A DNA stretch of 39,095 bases from a virus. Taxonomy: Duplodnaviria; Caudoviricetes. The DNA lies in IMG/VR virus record IMGVR_UViG_3300003394_000001, positions 1 through 39,095 of that record. The stretch is one strand, 5' to 3'. Of this stretch, positions 9,075 to 18,636 are shown piece by piece. Position 1 is the first letter of the stretch. Every line of letters begins with the position of its first letter. The notes below the pieces were generated by a model. That model was not told where the DNA came from. It worked only from the letters and a program-made list of their open reading frames with translations, and did no database searches. Made by a program: the position numbers and the translations under genes.

Positions 9075-10961
9075 TTAAAAGAAAGCAAAGAAATTACCTA
9101 AATATGAGGTTATAGGTGATGCTGAAATTTGCCCGTTGATGTAGCTGATGCTTAGGTAATTAGGACTAACCCCTGTAAAGCTCAACCCGGTGTTGTTACC
9201 CGCATCAGTCGAAAGCAAACCAACATTCCAGCTTGGTGCTTTTAGAATCGCCTGAGTAGTGTTGGTCGATCCTACTTGCAACAAGTTACCCAATACACCA
9301 TTCAAGTTGAACGCACCGAACTCGTTGGTCGTGCTCCCAGTGAACTGCACCCTGCCAATGGCCGTGTTGGTGATGTTGGCGAACTTGTTGGAGCCTGTGA
9401 TCGTCAGTGCGCCTGTGCCGCCTTGGTTGATTGTGGGGTAGGTCTGGACACCGCCGCCAGCAAAGGTCTTGGCAGATGCAGATGTGAGGCTGATCGTGCC
9501 TGTGCCTGTGACTGTCGGGACTGAACCAGAGATATTCCAAGGCGTACCTGATCCTGCAATAGTCCAAGTACCGGAGCCGACTGCGATTGTTCTGGTGTTG
9601 AAGTTGGCGGAGTTAAAACCTGCCAAAGCACCCGTTAAAGATACGTTGTAACCGTTTGCGTCAAACGTACCGCGGGTAACTTGTAGCGTAATTGCAAGTG
9701 ATCTGTTGGTGGTGAAAGCGTCCTGCAACTCCACAGCACCACTCGGCGAATCAATAACAAAAGACTGAGTAAACGTCTTCCCCGCACTTGTAATCGTCTG
9801 ACTACCACGCCCTGCAAAGGTCAGCGTACCCGTGCCCGACAACGTAGTTCCTGTACCGTTGACCCAGTTGCCGTAGATTGCTGGTGTAGTTGAACCTGTT
9901 ACCAGCGTCATCGTGTTGCTGGTACGGGCAGACATATCAATCGTGCCGATGTTGTAGGACTGGTTGACGGTAAGGGTTTGACCTGATGTTGGGTTTGCAG
10001 AAGGAATAACAGCGGTGTCTTGAGCAAGAGGAAAATTAACCGCATTAGCTACGCCGCCAATAGACGTAGCCCAGATGTTGTTAGACCACTGCGTTGTGTT
10101 TGTCGCCACGACATACACCGTCTTAGCTGCATCAAACGTAATCCCACTGTTGCCTTTGCAGTCACCCAAGCGAGTACCAGACACAGGAGCAGCAGCACCA
10201 GCAATGGTGATGTCACGGAAGTCGATGTCAGTTGGTGATGCAACAGCAGCGCAGGTCAGTGTACGAGTTGTGCCGATGGTGTTTGAGCGCACAAACGTTC
10301 GCATCGTGGCGTTGGTTCCTGCGGAGAGCGTCAGGGTGCCGTTGATGGTTTGGTCTGCGGTTAAAGATACAGGTTTAATGCCTGCTGCTGCAATTGCAGA
10401 AAAAGACAGGTTGTTGAATGTGTTTGATCCGCTAATGGTTGCAGTGCCGTTAGATGTGTTTGTAAAACTGACATTGTTGTAAGTCCTGCTTCCGCCATCA
10501 AAACCGGCAGAAGTGGATGACAAAACAATGGATGATGTTCCTGCATTTACAGTAAGGTTTGTCGATGTGGTACAAGCCCATCCACTATTGCTCGTCAACG
10601 TCACCGTACTGCTACCCAGGTTGATCGTGCGGGTGTTGCTGTTGCTGGAAGATAGTTGCGTTGCAGTGACGTTGTAGTTGTTTGTGGTGAATGTTCCAGA
10701 TATGAGCGTCAAAGCCCCGCTAGTGACGAATGCCGCACCCAAGCTGAGTTCAATTCCACTTTTGTCGATGGACGTAGCACCAACAGTCACGCCGCCATTG
10801 GTGAACGTGACAACGCCAGTGCCCGAGTTTGCGTCAAATGTCGGCGTGTCAGCCGATGTAGGAACAGAAGCACCACCAGCGCCACCAGACGTTGCAGACC
10901 AGTTGGCCGTGTTGCCACTGCTCCAGGTGCCCGCTCCGCCAACCCAAAAACGGGCCGCCAT
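9075..10961 (-). CDS. Tail fibre/spike-like beta-helical protein
   Basis: 628 aa, very T/G/S/N-rich, internal repeats, C-terminal NFFAFF. Confidence 0.7.
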   Translation of the reverse strand: MAARFWVGGAGTWSSGNTANWSATSGGAGGASVPTSADTPTFDANSGTGVVTFTNGGVTVGATSIDKSGIELSLGAAFVTSGALTLISGTFTTNNYNVTATQLSSSNSNTRTINLGSSTVTLTSNSGWACTTSTNLTVNAGTSSIVLSSTSAGFDGGSRTYNNVSFTNTSNGTATISGSNTFNNLSFSAIAAAGIKPVSLTADQTINGTLTLSAGTNATMRTFVRSNTIGTTRTLTCAAVASPTDIDFRDITIAGAAAPVSGTRLGDCKGNSGITFDAAKTVYVVATNTTQWSNNIWATSIGGVANAVNFPLAQDTAVIPSANPTSGQTLTVNQSYNIGTIDMSARTSNTMTLVTGSTTPAIYGNWVNGTGTTLSGTGTLTFAGRGSQTITSAGKTFTQSFVIDSPSGAVELQDAFTTNRSLAITLQVTRGTFDANGYNVSLTGALAGFNSANFNTRTIAVGSGTWTIAGSGTPWNISGSVPTVTGTGTISLTSASAKTFAGGGVQTYPTINQGGTGALTITGSNKFANITNTAIGRVQFTGSTTNEFGAFNLNGVLGNLLQVGSTNTTQAILKAPSWNVGLLSTDAGNNTGLSFTGVSPNYLSISYINGQISASPITSYLGNFFAFF

Positions 10962-11134
10962 TACTCACCCGCCACTTCTTCAACAAGAGGCGCAGTTACC
11001 ACGGCTATCCAGTTGTCGCGGCGCTCGGCCTTCATCGCCTCGATCTGCTCGTCGCTCAGGCCGTGATCTTCAGGCAGGTGCAAAGCATCGCGGAACAGGC
11101 CGTGTTCGGTTTGGAATTCAAAGTCGATCTTCAT
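10961..11134 (-). CDS. Small protein coupled to the tail fibre (57 aa), possible chaperone
   Basis: Not in the ORF track. MKIDFEFQTEHGLFRDALHLPEDH...; TAATG overlap with the 628-aa gene. Confidence 0.75.
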   Translation of the reverse strand: MKIDFEFQTEHGLFRDALHLPEDHGLSDEQIEAMKAERRDNWIAVVTAPLVEEVAGE

Positions 11135-11136
11135 AT

Positions 11137-12282
11137 TTAAAATCCAAAGTTTTTAGCAATGATCTGCCACTTAGAAGCAGTGCTGTTGTAGATAAAACCA
11201 ACATAATCGTACTTAGAGCTTCCTGTAGAAGCCGTTGGCAATACTAAATCAGTGGAACCTGCAAAGATAGCATTCCATGAGAAAGTCTGTACGTTAGTTG
11301 ACTGAAGACGAAGCATTAACTTCTGTCCATTAAAAGGAGTACCTGTAGGAGCATTGATAGTTAAAGTACCTGTAGCTTGCGTATTAGCTTGTGTAGCTAA
11401 GTCGGTAGTATCGGCATTGATAGTGATACTTGTGCCATCAGCAATACTAACTACTCGCTCTTGTACGTTCTTATTCGTTAGCGTTTGAGTATCTGTAGTA
11501 CCGACAACATCGCCAGAAGGGGCTGTCTTTCCTGCCCACGAGGTCAAATCAGCGTCATAAGCCTGCACCGTAGTACCAATAGCTGAAGGAGCTAAATAAT
11601 CTGTCCCTGCTATAGCTGCACTGATTGTACCTGCTCCGTTAGCTTTAACGATACCGTTAATAGCACCCACAACTGGATCAGTTTCGGTATAGCTTGTCAG
11701 GTATCCAGCAGAAGCGTGGTTGCCCCAACCATAAGCAGTGTTCCAGTTACTGATATTTGTATTTGTAATCCCGTAAGCAGCACTTGCAACAAAGATAGGA
11801 TCAGTCTCAGTATAACCTGTAATAAAACCAGAATCATTAGTAAGATCACTGGTCTTAGAAGGAATAGTAGGCTTATTTAGAATCTGAGCATCACCGCTAA
11901 CAGCATTCCAGTCAGCATTTACGTTGACTTCAGCTCCTGCTGCAATACCAGCTAACTTGCTCTTTTCAGTAGTAGTATAGTTGTTATCCGTATGGACGTA
12001 TGAAGCATCAACAACAGTATTAGCATTATATGCTTGTACTGAGACACCAATGTCGCTTGAAGTAAGAACACCAGAGGGAGTATTAACGAGATCGTTGTAA
12101 TCCCCCGAAGTAGCAACCACGGCCAAGTCACTAGCTTTAGCCATAGGATGTCCGCCAGCAGTGACTCCATCATGAACAACTACTACATCTTTAGTAGTAT
12201 CTACAGTAACTTCAGCTTCTTCACCTGTGAAAGTAGAGTGCTGAGTTGTAGTTCCTCGTCGAAGTTTTACTGTAATACTCAT
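11137..12282 (-). CDS. Tail fibre protein with Mtd N-terminal-like domain
   Basis: LRRGTT..H..FTG...EVTVDT....VVVHDG.TAGG N-terminus; repeated YTETDP modules. Confidence 0.8.
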   Translation of the reverse strand: MSITVKLRRGTTTQHSTFTGEEAEVTVDTTKDVVVVHDGVTAGGHPMAKASDLAVVATSGDYNDLVNTPSGVLTSSDIGVSVQAYNANTVVDASYVHTDNNYTTTEKSKLAGIAAGAEVNVNADWNAVSGDAQILNKPTIPSKTSDLTNDSGFITGYTETDPIFVASAAYGITNTNISNWNTAYGWGNHASAGYLTSYTETDPVVGAINGIVKANGAGTISAAIAGTDYLAPSAIGTTVQAYDADLTSWAGKTAPSGDVVGTTDTQTLTNKNVQERVVSIADGTSITINADTTDLATQANTQATGTLTINAPTGTPFNGQKLMLRLQSTNVQTFSWNAIFAGSTDLVLPTASTGSSKYDYVGFIYNSTASKWQIIAKNFGF

Positions 12283-12815
12283 AATGTTCCGTAATCTTGT
12301 GTTGTTGTGTTCGTGTCGGTGATTAAGCCGTAATCAAATACCCCAGAGATAGGGGTAATATCAGCCCAAGAAGAACTGGAACCATCTGTTGTTAGATACT
12401 TACCTGAATTGCCTGTTTGAGTGGGTAAAAGCTCATTTAACGAAGATGCTCCGTTCTTAAGCATGGCATAGACGTTCTCGGCCTGTGCTGGAGTAATCTC
12501 TCCTGCATTGATCTCGCTACCGTTAGAGAGATACAGCACCAATGTGCCATCAAAGTCAATTTTGGCATCTACAACTGAGATACCCTGCTTGCCTTCTTGC
12601 CCATCAGTGCCGTCTTTACCGTCTACGCCATCCTTACCGTCTTTACCGTCTAAACCACGCTCCCCTTGCTCTCCTTTAGGCCCTTGATCCCCTTTATCAC
12701 CTTGGGGCCCCGAAGGGCCTTCGAGTTTCTGGATTTCAACGGTCTTAGATTGGAGTTCTACTAGCTGTTTCTTAACATCAGCTACAGCAGAAGCAAGGAG
12801 AAGTGCCTTATCCAT
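12279..12815 (-). CDS. Collagen-like (Gly-X-Y) virion protein
   Basis: GPSGPQGDKGDQGPKGEQGERGLDGKDGKDG... triplet run. Confidence 0.85.
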   Translation of the reverse strand: MDKALLLASAVADVKKQLVELQSKTVEIQKLEGPSGPQGDKGDQGPKGEQGERGLDGKDGKDGVDGKDGTDGQEGKQGISVVDAKIDFDGTLVLYLSNGSEINAGEITPAQAENVYAMLKNGASSLNELLPTQTGNSGKYLTTDGSSSSWADITPISGVFDYGLITDTNTTTQDYGTL

Positions 12816-14820
12816 TCAAAGTATCCTTAAAAAGTTGATCGTTTTTCTTTTTAGATTCCATCTGAGCAAGGGCGATACGCTCGTTAGAGTCAATATCCTT
12901 CTCTTTAAGCATCAAATCAGCCAACTTCATACGTTTAGCGAAGTCAGCGTCTTGATCGAGGTTTGTAGAAGCGGCTTGCACCACCTTTACACGTAACTCT
13001 TCAGGCATAAGCTGAGTTTCAACCATTGTTTGCTGTGCTTCGGCAGTTGCCTTCTGAGTCTGTGCCTGCAAGAGTGCCAGATCAGCCTGTAACTTAGCCA
13101 TAGCAGCTTGTTGTTGCATCTGAGCCTGTTGTTGCTGTTCAGGATTAGGCTGACTCATCTTGTCCAGAGCTGCAATCAGTTCATTCCGGTTGCTCAAGGA
13201 GCTATTACCCAAGATACCTTTAAGGATCAGAGGCAAAACTGGAGTGTCTGGGCCTAATGTCTGTAACAGGGCAATGAACTGCTGCTGTTCAAACTCACGA
13301 GCCAAAATACCCAAGGTAGCTGTAGGCATGAATTTCACATCCACAGAAGGGTAACGCTCAGGATCGAACTGCATGTAGCGCCAAGCTGCTTTGTTGATGA
13401 ACGGAATCAAGAAATCTTCTTGGAAGTTCGTCAATGTACGCTTATACTTCTTGATGATGCCTGCCATTGCCATAGACATACCGCCTGCACCAGCGTCACG
13501 AGGAGCTGCGGAAGGCATACCTGCACTGTCAACAGTACCTGTAGCTTGCAAGAGGAGTCGTTCGTAGTTCTGAGAAGCCATCACAGATGAGTTATCAGGA
13601 GTACCAAAGCGCAAAGGCATCATAATCTGGTTAGGATCACCGTTGGTCAGGAATGCCTTACCGGGCTTAACCTCAAACTTAGCACCACGAGGCAAGCGGG
13701 TAGCATCCATGGCCATCATAGGGACGGCTGTAAGAGCACGAGCATCACTGTCCATACGCAAGCTACCGTCAATGGCCTTCTGCATGTTGTAGGCCTTCTC
13801 CGCTGTACCCCGACCCCATACACGTCCGGGGACTGTATCGTCTTGATACAGCATGACAGGACGATCCTTCATCATGTAGGGATTAGCTTCAGCCTTCAAG
13901 AGCTTACCTCCGTTAGCGATAACGATGATTGCTTCCACCAGTTCAGCGTAGTCATCAGCCAAGGAGTCTTCAGGGAACAGGTCAGCAACCTCTTCTTCGT
14001 TCTCCAACTGTTCTAAGTACTCACGGGGAACCAAGCCGTAGTATGTGAGCATACGCACACGACCATCTTGATAGTTAACCACTTCTTCTGTGACTTCTAA
14101 GTCATCATCAGGAGCATCAATGCCGAGATCAATCTTACGATAGATACCCTTTTCCATGCCTTCAACGATCTTATGCACCGATACGAACTTCTCAATGGCG
14201 CACCCCATAGCATCATCCAAGGATGTGGCATTAGGGTCAACCAAGAAGTTCTTAGGATTCACAGGAACTAGTTTGACGGAGATACGGTCTTTCTCGGTAA
14301 CGCCGATAGCCGCTTGTCCTTGTACGCCGGGGATAGCTTGAGTGGCAGGGGCGTACTCCTTCTCTGTCTTGACAGCGATCTCACCGATACCTGTACCGTA
14401 GATCTCAGCCATGAGTTCAATCTGATCCACAGCCTTCTTAATCTTGTCACGGTTGAAGTCTTCCATCAACTGAGCTTTGATCTGCTCAACGTCCAAGGCA
14501 GTGCCGTTAACGTCCTTCAGATCATCCTCAATATCGAACCACTCACCTTGTCCGAAGATCGCCTCCATGATCTCAGCGTGACGAGTCTCAATCGCCTGCT
14601 GTGTGGCAGGGGAGATGATACGGCTACGCTCAGAAGAGCGTGTACTGTCTTCAGCGGCCCACTGACCACGGAAGATACGTTCGTACTCAAGCCAGTCTTG
14701 TAGGTAGTTCTGGTCGCGGTAATCACGCCACTTGTCAGTGTGTGAGACAACCCATTCAGTCAGCTCTTTGTCGGACTCTGTGGGTTCGTCATACTGACTT
14801 TGTTCTAAGTTGTCATCCAT
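12808..14820 (-). CDS. Portal protein
   Basis: 670 aa directly after TerL; YGTGI and WGRG motifs; Gln-rich helical C-terminus. Confidence 0.88.
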   Translation of the reverse strand: MDDNLEQSQYDEPTESDKELTEWVVSHTDKWRDYRDQNYLQDWLEYERIFRGQWAAEDSTRSSERSRIISPATQQAIETRHAEIMEAIFGQGEWFDIEDDLKDVNGTALDVEQIKAQLMEDFNRDKIKKAVDQIELMAEIYGTGIGEIAVKTEKEYAPATQAIPGVQGQAAIGVTEKDRISVKLVPVNPKNFLVDPNATSLDDAMGCAIEKFVSVHKIVEGMEKGIYRKIDLGIDAPDDDLEVTEEVVNYQDGRVRMLTYYGLVPREYLEQLENEEEVADLFPEDSLADDYAELVEAIIVIANGGKLLKAEANPYMMKDRPVMLYQDDTVPGRVWGRGTAEKAYNMQKAIDGSLRMDSDARALTAVPMMAMDATRLPRGAKFEVKPGKAFLTNGDPNQIMMPLRFGTPDNSSVMASQNYERLLLQATGTVDSAGMPSAAPRDAGAGGMSMAMAGIIKKYKRTLTNFQEDFLIPFINKAAWRYMQFDPERYPSVDVKFMPTATLGILAREFEQQQFIALLQTLGPDTPVLPLILKGILGNSSLSNRNELIAALDKMSQPNPEQQQQAQMQQQAAMAKLQADLALLQAQTQKATAEAQQTMVETQLMPEELRVKVVQAASTNLDQDADFAKRMKLADLMLKEKDIDSNERIALAQMESKKKNDQLFKDTLNG

Positions 14821-14823
14821 TGT

Positions 14824-16083
14824 TTAGTATCCTGAAATAATGTCTAAAGCCTCATACTCATCATCCTCATAATCAGGGACAAACGAGTTAAGGGCCAGTT
14901 GTTCAATATACGCTAAAGCATCCACTAAGTCGTCGTGCACGCCTTTTGTTGGAAATAGTAAAAGCTGGTCTTCAAAGTCAGCCCAATCACCGTCCTCATT
15001 CAAGATGACCTTACCATGCTCCATCCGTCCTTGTAAGGCCCAGATGATACGATCTGTCTTCTTCTTGTTACCATGAGTAAGTGTTTGGATATGAGCGAAG
15101 GTGTTATACTGCCTCATCATGTCCTGTAGGATGGTCAAGGCAGCGTTCTTAGCTGTTCCTCGCTCAATACCTACCGATAACGGCTGGAACTCTTTAATGT
15201 TCTTCAAGATACGCATACACGTATCTTTAATGTCCCATCGTCCATGCTCAATCTTGTTAACCCACCAAGTACCATCGTCTGATACCTTGACCACAGCGAT
15301 AGCTGATTCGTCTAGTCTCTTCTTGTTCTGGGAGCCATCGGCAATGTCTTCAAAGCCTGCCAAGTCAATGGCGATGATGTATGAACCATCCTTAGGCTCA
15401 GGGCCTTTCTTGATCCAGTGCTCTTTGAAGATGTCAGAACCTGAAGTATCAAAGCTGGATAAGTATTCCTGCTTAAAGGCAAAGGAACTCAATGTTCGCT
15501 TGGCTGCTTCGATCTCTTTAGGGTCAATGGTTTCGTTGTCTTGGGTGGTGTAGTGCCATGCCTTCCACTCTTCGTCTGATCCGTCTTTGCCGAGTTTGTA
15601 CACGTCATAGAACCAGTTACGACCGGAAGGAGTCGAGATGAATAGTGCTCTACCTTTCTTGTCCGACAAAGCAGCACGTATAACCTTCTCCCAAATCTCT
15701 TGCTTAATGAACGCGCATTCATCTAGTACGACATAAACTAAAGACACTCCTCGCAGAGAGTCAGGATTGTCAGCACCCCGTACGAGAATCTTACGGCCAT
15801 TGACCAAAGTGATCTCAAGGTTGTTAATGTGAGAGGACTTAATCACTGGACGACCTAAGTCATGCAGCAAGTCCCAGATAATTGTTCTAGCTTGTCCGAG
15901 GGTAGGAGCGATGTACATCACCGCTGACCCTTCAGGGCAGTTCAAAGCCTCGATAAGCAGCGTTACAGCCGACAACCGGGACTTACCACAGCGACGACCA
16001 GCAGCTACAACCTTGAAGCGGTGAGAGTCTTTAAAGACAGTCTGTTGCCAGTTCAGTAATGCAAAGTTAAGTTCAGACATCAA
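14824..16083 (-). CDS. terL: Terminase large subunit
   Basis: Walker A AGRRCGKS, Walker B VVLDE, STP motif, nuclease IDLA and HDDLVDA. Confidence 0.95.
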   Translation of the reverse strand: MMSELNFALLNWQQTVFKDSHRFKVVAAGRRCGKSRLSAVTLLIEALNCPEGSAVMYIAPTLGQARTIIWDLLHDLGRPVIKSSHINNLEITLVNGRKILVRGADNPDSLRGVSLVYVVLDECAFIKQEIWEKVIRAALSDKKGRALFISTPSGRNWFYDVYKLGKDGSDEEWKAWHYTTQDNETIDPKEIEAAKRTLSSFAFKQEYLSSFDTSGSDIFKEHWIKKGPEPKDGSYIIAIDLAGFEDIADGSQNKKRLDESAIAVVKVSDDGTWWVNKIEHGRWDIKDTCMRILKNIKEFQPLSVGIERGTAKNAALTILQDMMRQYNTFAHIQTLTHGNKKKTDRIIWALQGRMEHGKVILNEDGDWADFEDQLLLFPTKGVHDDLVDALAYIEQLALNSFVPDYEDDEYEALDIISGY

Positions 16084-16447
16084 TTATGTCCTCATCGTTA
16101 ACACTGCTTACAGTGGGCGTATTCAAGCCTGTAATGTTGATACTGATCTGAGGTGCTCCACCAGCTTGTTTAGCTGCATCGAACATAGACACAGGGAGGA
16201 TACGATCAACAGCTAACTTCATAGCTGCCATCTGTCCGGGATGTCCGTCAGTCATGGCAATCTCTACCATCTTGTCTAAGATACGACTACCACCGGTGGC
16301 AAGCAATCGTTCCTTGAACTCTTGAAGTCTGGCAGCATCGCCAGCAGGACGACCTACCTTACCTTTGGTTCTGTCCTTCACTGCTTGAAGGTCAGACTTA
16401 GGTGGTCTACCTTTACCTCGTAATTTAGGCTGTACTGTCTCTGTCAT
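16073..16447 (-). CDS. terS: Terminase small subunit (probable start MTETVQ at 16447)
   Basis: GRP-containing basic N-terminus, immediately upstream of TerL, ATGA overlap with the upstream gene. Confidence 0.7.
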   Translation of the reverse strand: MTETVQPKLRGKGRPPKSDLQAVKDRTKGKVGRPAGDAARLQEFKERLLATGGSRILDKMVEIAMTDGHPGQMAAMKLAVDRILPVSMFDAAKQAGGAPQISINITGLNTPTVSSVNDEDIIDV

Positions 16448-16713
16448 ACGGTTGCTTTCTTGCACTCTTTGCAGTAGCTAGAGTAGCCAGAGTAGCTTTT
16501 CTTATCAGCGTAGAAGTCAAACAACTTCTTCTCTTCACCGCACTTAGCACAGGACTTAACACCCTTGCTTAAAGACTCTTTAACAGCTTTCTGCTGTGCG
16601 TACCTACTCTTGTTATATTCCTCACGCTCATCCTGTGGTTTAGACAAATGATGTAAGTGTTCTGTTAAAACCTTAGTTTCTTGAACGTCATACAGACGTG
16701 GTGTGTTTTCCAT
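16444..16713 (-). CDS. Zinc-finger protein (HNH-associated type CxxC..CxxC, no nuclease domain), start MENTPR
   Basis: CAKC.....F....CKEC at the C-terminus; AGAGGA RBS upstream of ATG 16713. Confidence 0.7.
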   Translation of the reverse strand: MENTPRLYDVQETKVLTEHLHHLSKPQDEREEYNKSRYAQQKAVKESLSKGVKSCAKCGEEKKLFDFYADKKSYSGYSSYCKECKKATV

Positions 16714-17029
16714 TTTGATTCCTCTTGAAAAGCTACAGGTGTTCAGACACACGCACCTGTAAACGTGTTTCAAGCCTATCACTAGGTGTCTTTTGTTTGG
16801 TAGACATACCTTAAGTATAGACACCCTGTTAGTTAGACAAAACATCTATGCTTAAAGTACTTTAAAGAAACGTATAAGTTAAGAACTTACTAAGTTAAAT
16901 ATTATAAGTACTTGTTATAAGTATCTGTTAGTAGTTAACTTATACATTCGTTGTATCAACTGTCCAGATTCCTGCTTAGCAACATAAGAGTCCATCACCT
17001 TCTTCGTCACTTCATAGTACAGTATAATA

Positions 17030-17057
17030 AGTATAGCATGCTTTTGTCGGAATGCAA
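17030..17057 (-). promoter_or_regulatory. Sigma70-type promoter for the morphogenesis arm
   Basis: TTGCAT-16 bp-TATACT with extended -10 TGn, on the minus strand. Confidence 0.6.
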
Positions 17058-17259
17058 GCTTTTTCTTCATTTTGTTACAATTATTTACATATGTTACTTT
17101 CTTAAGCCATCTACTTCTTACATTTACGACTATGCACTCGTAGGATTGTCTAGTCTACCTACTTTCCTTACCGATCAACTACTTAGCGCTTTAAGTAACT
17201 AGGTCTAATCTGTCCCTAATTAGTTCCTTTATAGCCTTTTTTGTGAGCGTCAGAGGCTC

Positions 17260-17560
17260 CTGCAAAGTTAAACACTAAAGCCTTACCCCTCCCCCCCATG
17301 ACTTCATAGGCTGCAAAGTTACTAAGCAGTCACGGTCTGTACTCGATAGTCACTCGATGACTAAGCAGTCACTTAATGACCAGTCAGTCAGTTACTGTAC
17401 AGTCTAGTCAGTTACTGCACTGGATGTTAAAGTACTTTCGAGGATACTGCCTATTATTTAAGCAGGTGTGAGAGGCGAAGCAGGTGCCTGCAACGTACAC
17501 TACAACACACACTACAATGACCACCAGAGCCACCACCAGAGTCACCAGATGGCCCAGAGT
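17260..17560. repeat. Cluster of short direct repeats in the divergent non-coding region
   Basis: CTGCAAAGTTA x2 (17260, 17311), ACTAAGCAGTCAC x2 (17321, 17360), AGTCAGTTACTG x2, CACTACAA x2, CACCAGA x3, and a C-rich tract at 17281-17297. Confidence 0.75.
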
Positions 17561-17597
17561 CTGTTACAAACTGTTACAATTGAGTGCATCAAAGAGA

Positions 17598-17625
17598 TTG
17601 ACAAAGCCATCAAGTGGTGTATACT
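17598..17625 (+). promoter_or_regulatory. Sigma70 early promoter
   Basis: TTGACA-16 bp-TATACT upstream of the first early gene. Confidence 0.8.
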
Positions 17626-17652
17626 AGAGCCATCAACAACGGAGCACACATC

Positions 17653-17802
17653 ATGAGCTACACCATTCAAGAGACCTACATCCAGACCTACACCGGACGG
17701 CTTGTCAAGGCTTGGAACGTACTGGACATCACCGGCTTCGTGGTGGACACGTTCAGCCTCAAGCGTGACGCTAAGGAGTGGGTCAAGGCAAGCCAAGTGT
17801 AA
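17653..17802 (+). CDS. Small early hypothetical protein
   Basis: GGAG RBS, start MSYTIQE just after the promoter. Confidence 0.65.
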   Translation: MSYTIQETYIQTYTGRLVKAWNVLDITGFVVDTFSLKRDAKEWVKASQV

Positions 17803-17868
17803 ACACCTATTCACAACGCCTCGAAAGAGGCCTACAATCAACCATCATCAACACTTCAAAGGTCTACA

Positions 17869-17994
17869 ATGTCACACCACAACTACACCCCTGAAATCAA
17901 ACCCGCTGAGTCTCGCGTAGAGTCAATCATCATCACGGTGGCTTGTCTCGCAGTCTTCGCCTTCATTGGTGTCCTGTTGGCATGGAGGGGCTGA
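17869..17994 (+). CDS. Small membrane protein (41 aa)
   Basis: Not in the ORF track. MSHHNYTPEIKPAESRVESIIITVACLAVFAFIGVLLAWRG, one TM helix, AAAGG RBS. Confidence 0.65.
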   Translation: MSHHNYTPEIKPAESRVESIIITVACLAVFAFIGVLLAWRG

Positions 17995-17997
17995 ATC

Positions 17998-18234
17998 ATG
18001 CTTAAATCTACATACTATGCAACCGTTGGTAATAAGTCAATTGATCTACCGTTGGAGTACACCAACATATCCCAAGCTGCCTTATGGCTCGATAAGCGCA
18101 CAGAGTCAGAAAAAGAAGTTAAAATCTATGAACGATTCCCGGTTATTTCATCCTCAGGTGTCGTTGACCACCGCGTCAATGATGTGACAGTACAATGTAT
18201 GGATACACTGTGGAATTACTACGAAGGAAATTAA
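17998..18234 (+). CDS. Hypothetical early protein
   Basis: 78 aa, GGAGG RBS, tightly packed. Confidence 0.65.
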   Translation: MLKSTYYATVGNKSIDLPLEYTNISQAALWLDKRTESEKEVKIYERFPVISSSGVVDHRVNDVTVQCMDTLWNYYEGN

Positions 18235-18235
18235 A

Positions 18236-18529
18236 GTGCAAGAACAACACAACTACCATGTGATTCAGGGGCATCATGCAGTTTACATGAAGTGGCACTT
18301 AGCTGATCCTGAGCCTGTAGGCTATGTGTCGTCTTACAAGTTCGGAGAAAACTACACCCGTTCAATGGCTGAGCACCCTTCAATAAATAAGCAATACCCG
18401 GTGTACGCTTCTAAACCTGAAGGCTTAACAACAAGAGAATGGGAAACCGATGAGCGAACAAAAGAATTGTATATGCACATCAGGCGGCTCGAACAAATCA
18501 TTGAGGCTTGTGCAGGCCAAGTGAAATGA
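18236..18529 (+). CDS. Hypothetical early protein
   Basis: 97 aa, GTG start with AAGGA RBS. Confidence 0.6.
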   Translation: MQEQHNYHVIQGHHAVYMKWHLADPEPVGYVSSYKFGENYTRSMAEHPSINKQYPVYASKPEGLTTREWETDERTKELYMHIRRLEQIIEACAGQVK

Positions 18530-18636
18530 CCCTCCGCTTTATAGGGCTTTAACGTTATGTTAGAGTCCTATGCAGTGCAGTGTTAACGCACTAAATCCCG
18601 CCTGTGATGTACAGGCATACACTTGGAGTTTCTATC

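Noticed and set aside
11137-12282. Diversity-generating retroelement suggested by the Mtd-N-like domain
   Set aside because: No reverse transcriptase in the complete genome and no template/variable repeat pair seen
16951-17202. 83-aa ORF, and ORFs 17468..17656 and 17542..17841, in the control region
   Set aside because: They overlap promoters and repeats, lack an RBS and have atypical composition
17260-17560. Mini-CRISPR array
   Set aside because: Repeats are 7-13 bp, irregularly spaced and of several types; no constant repeat-spacer period
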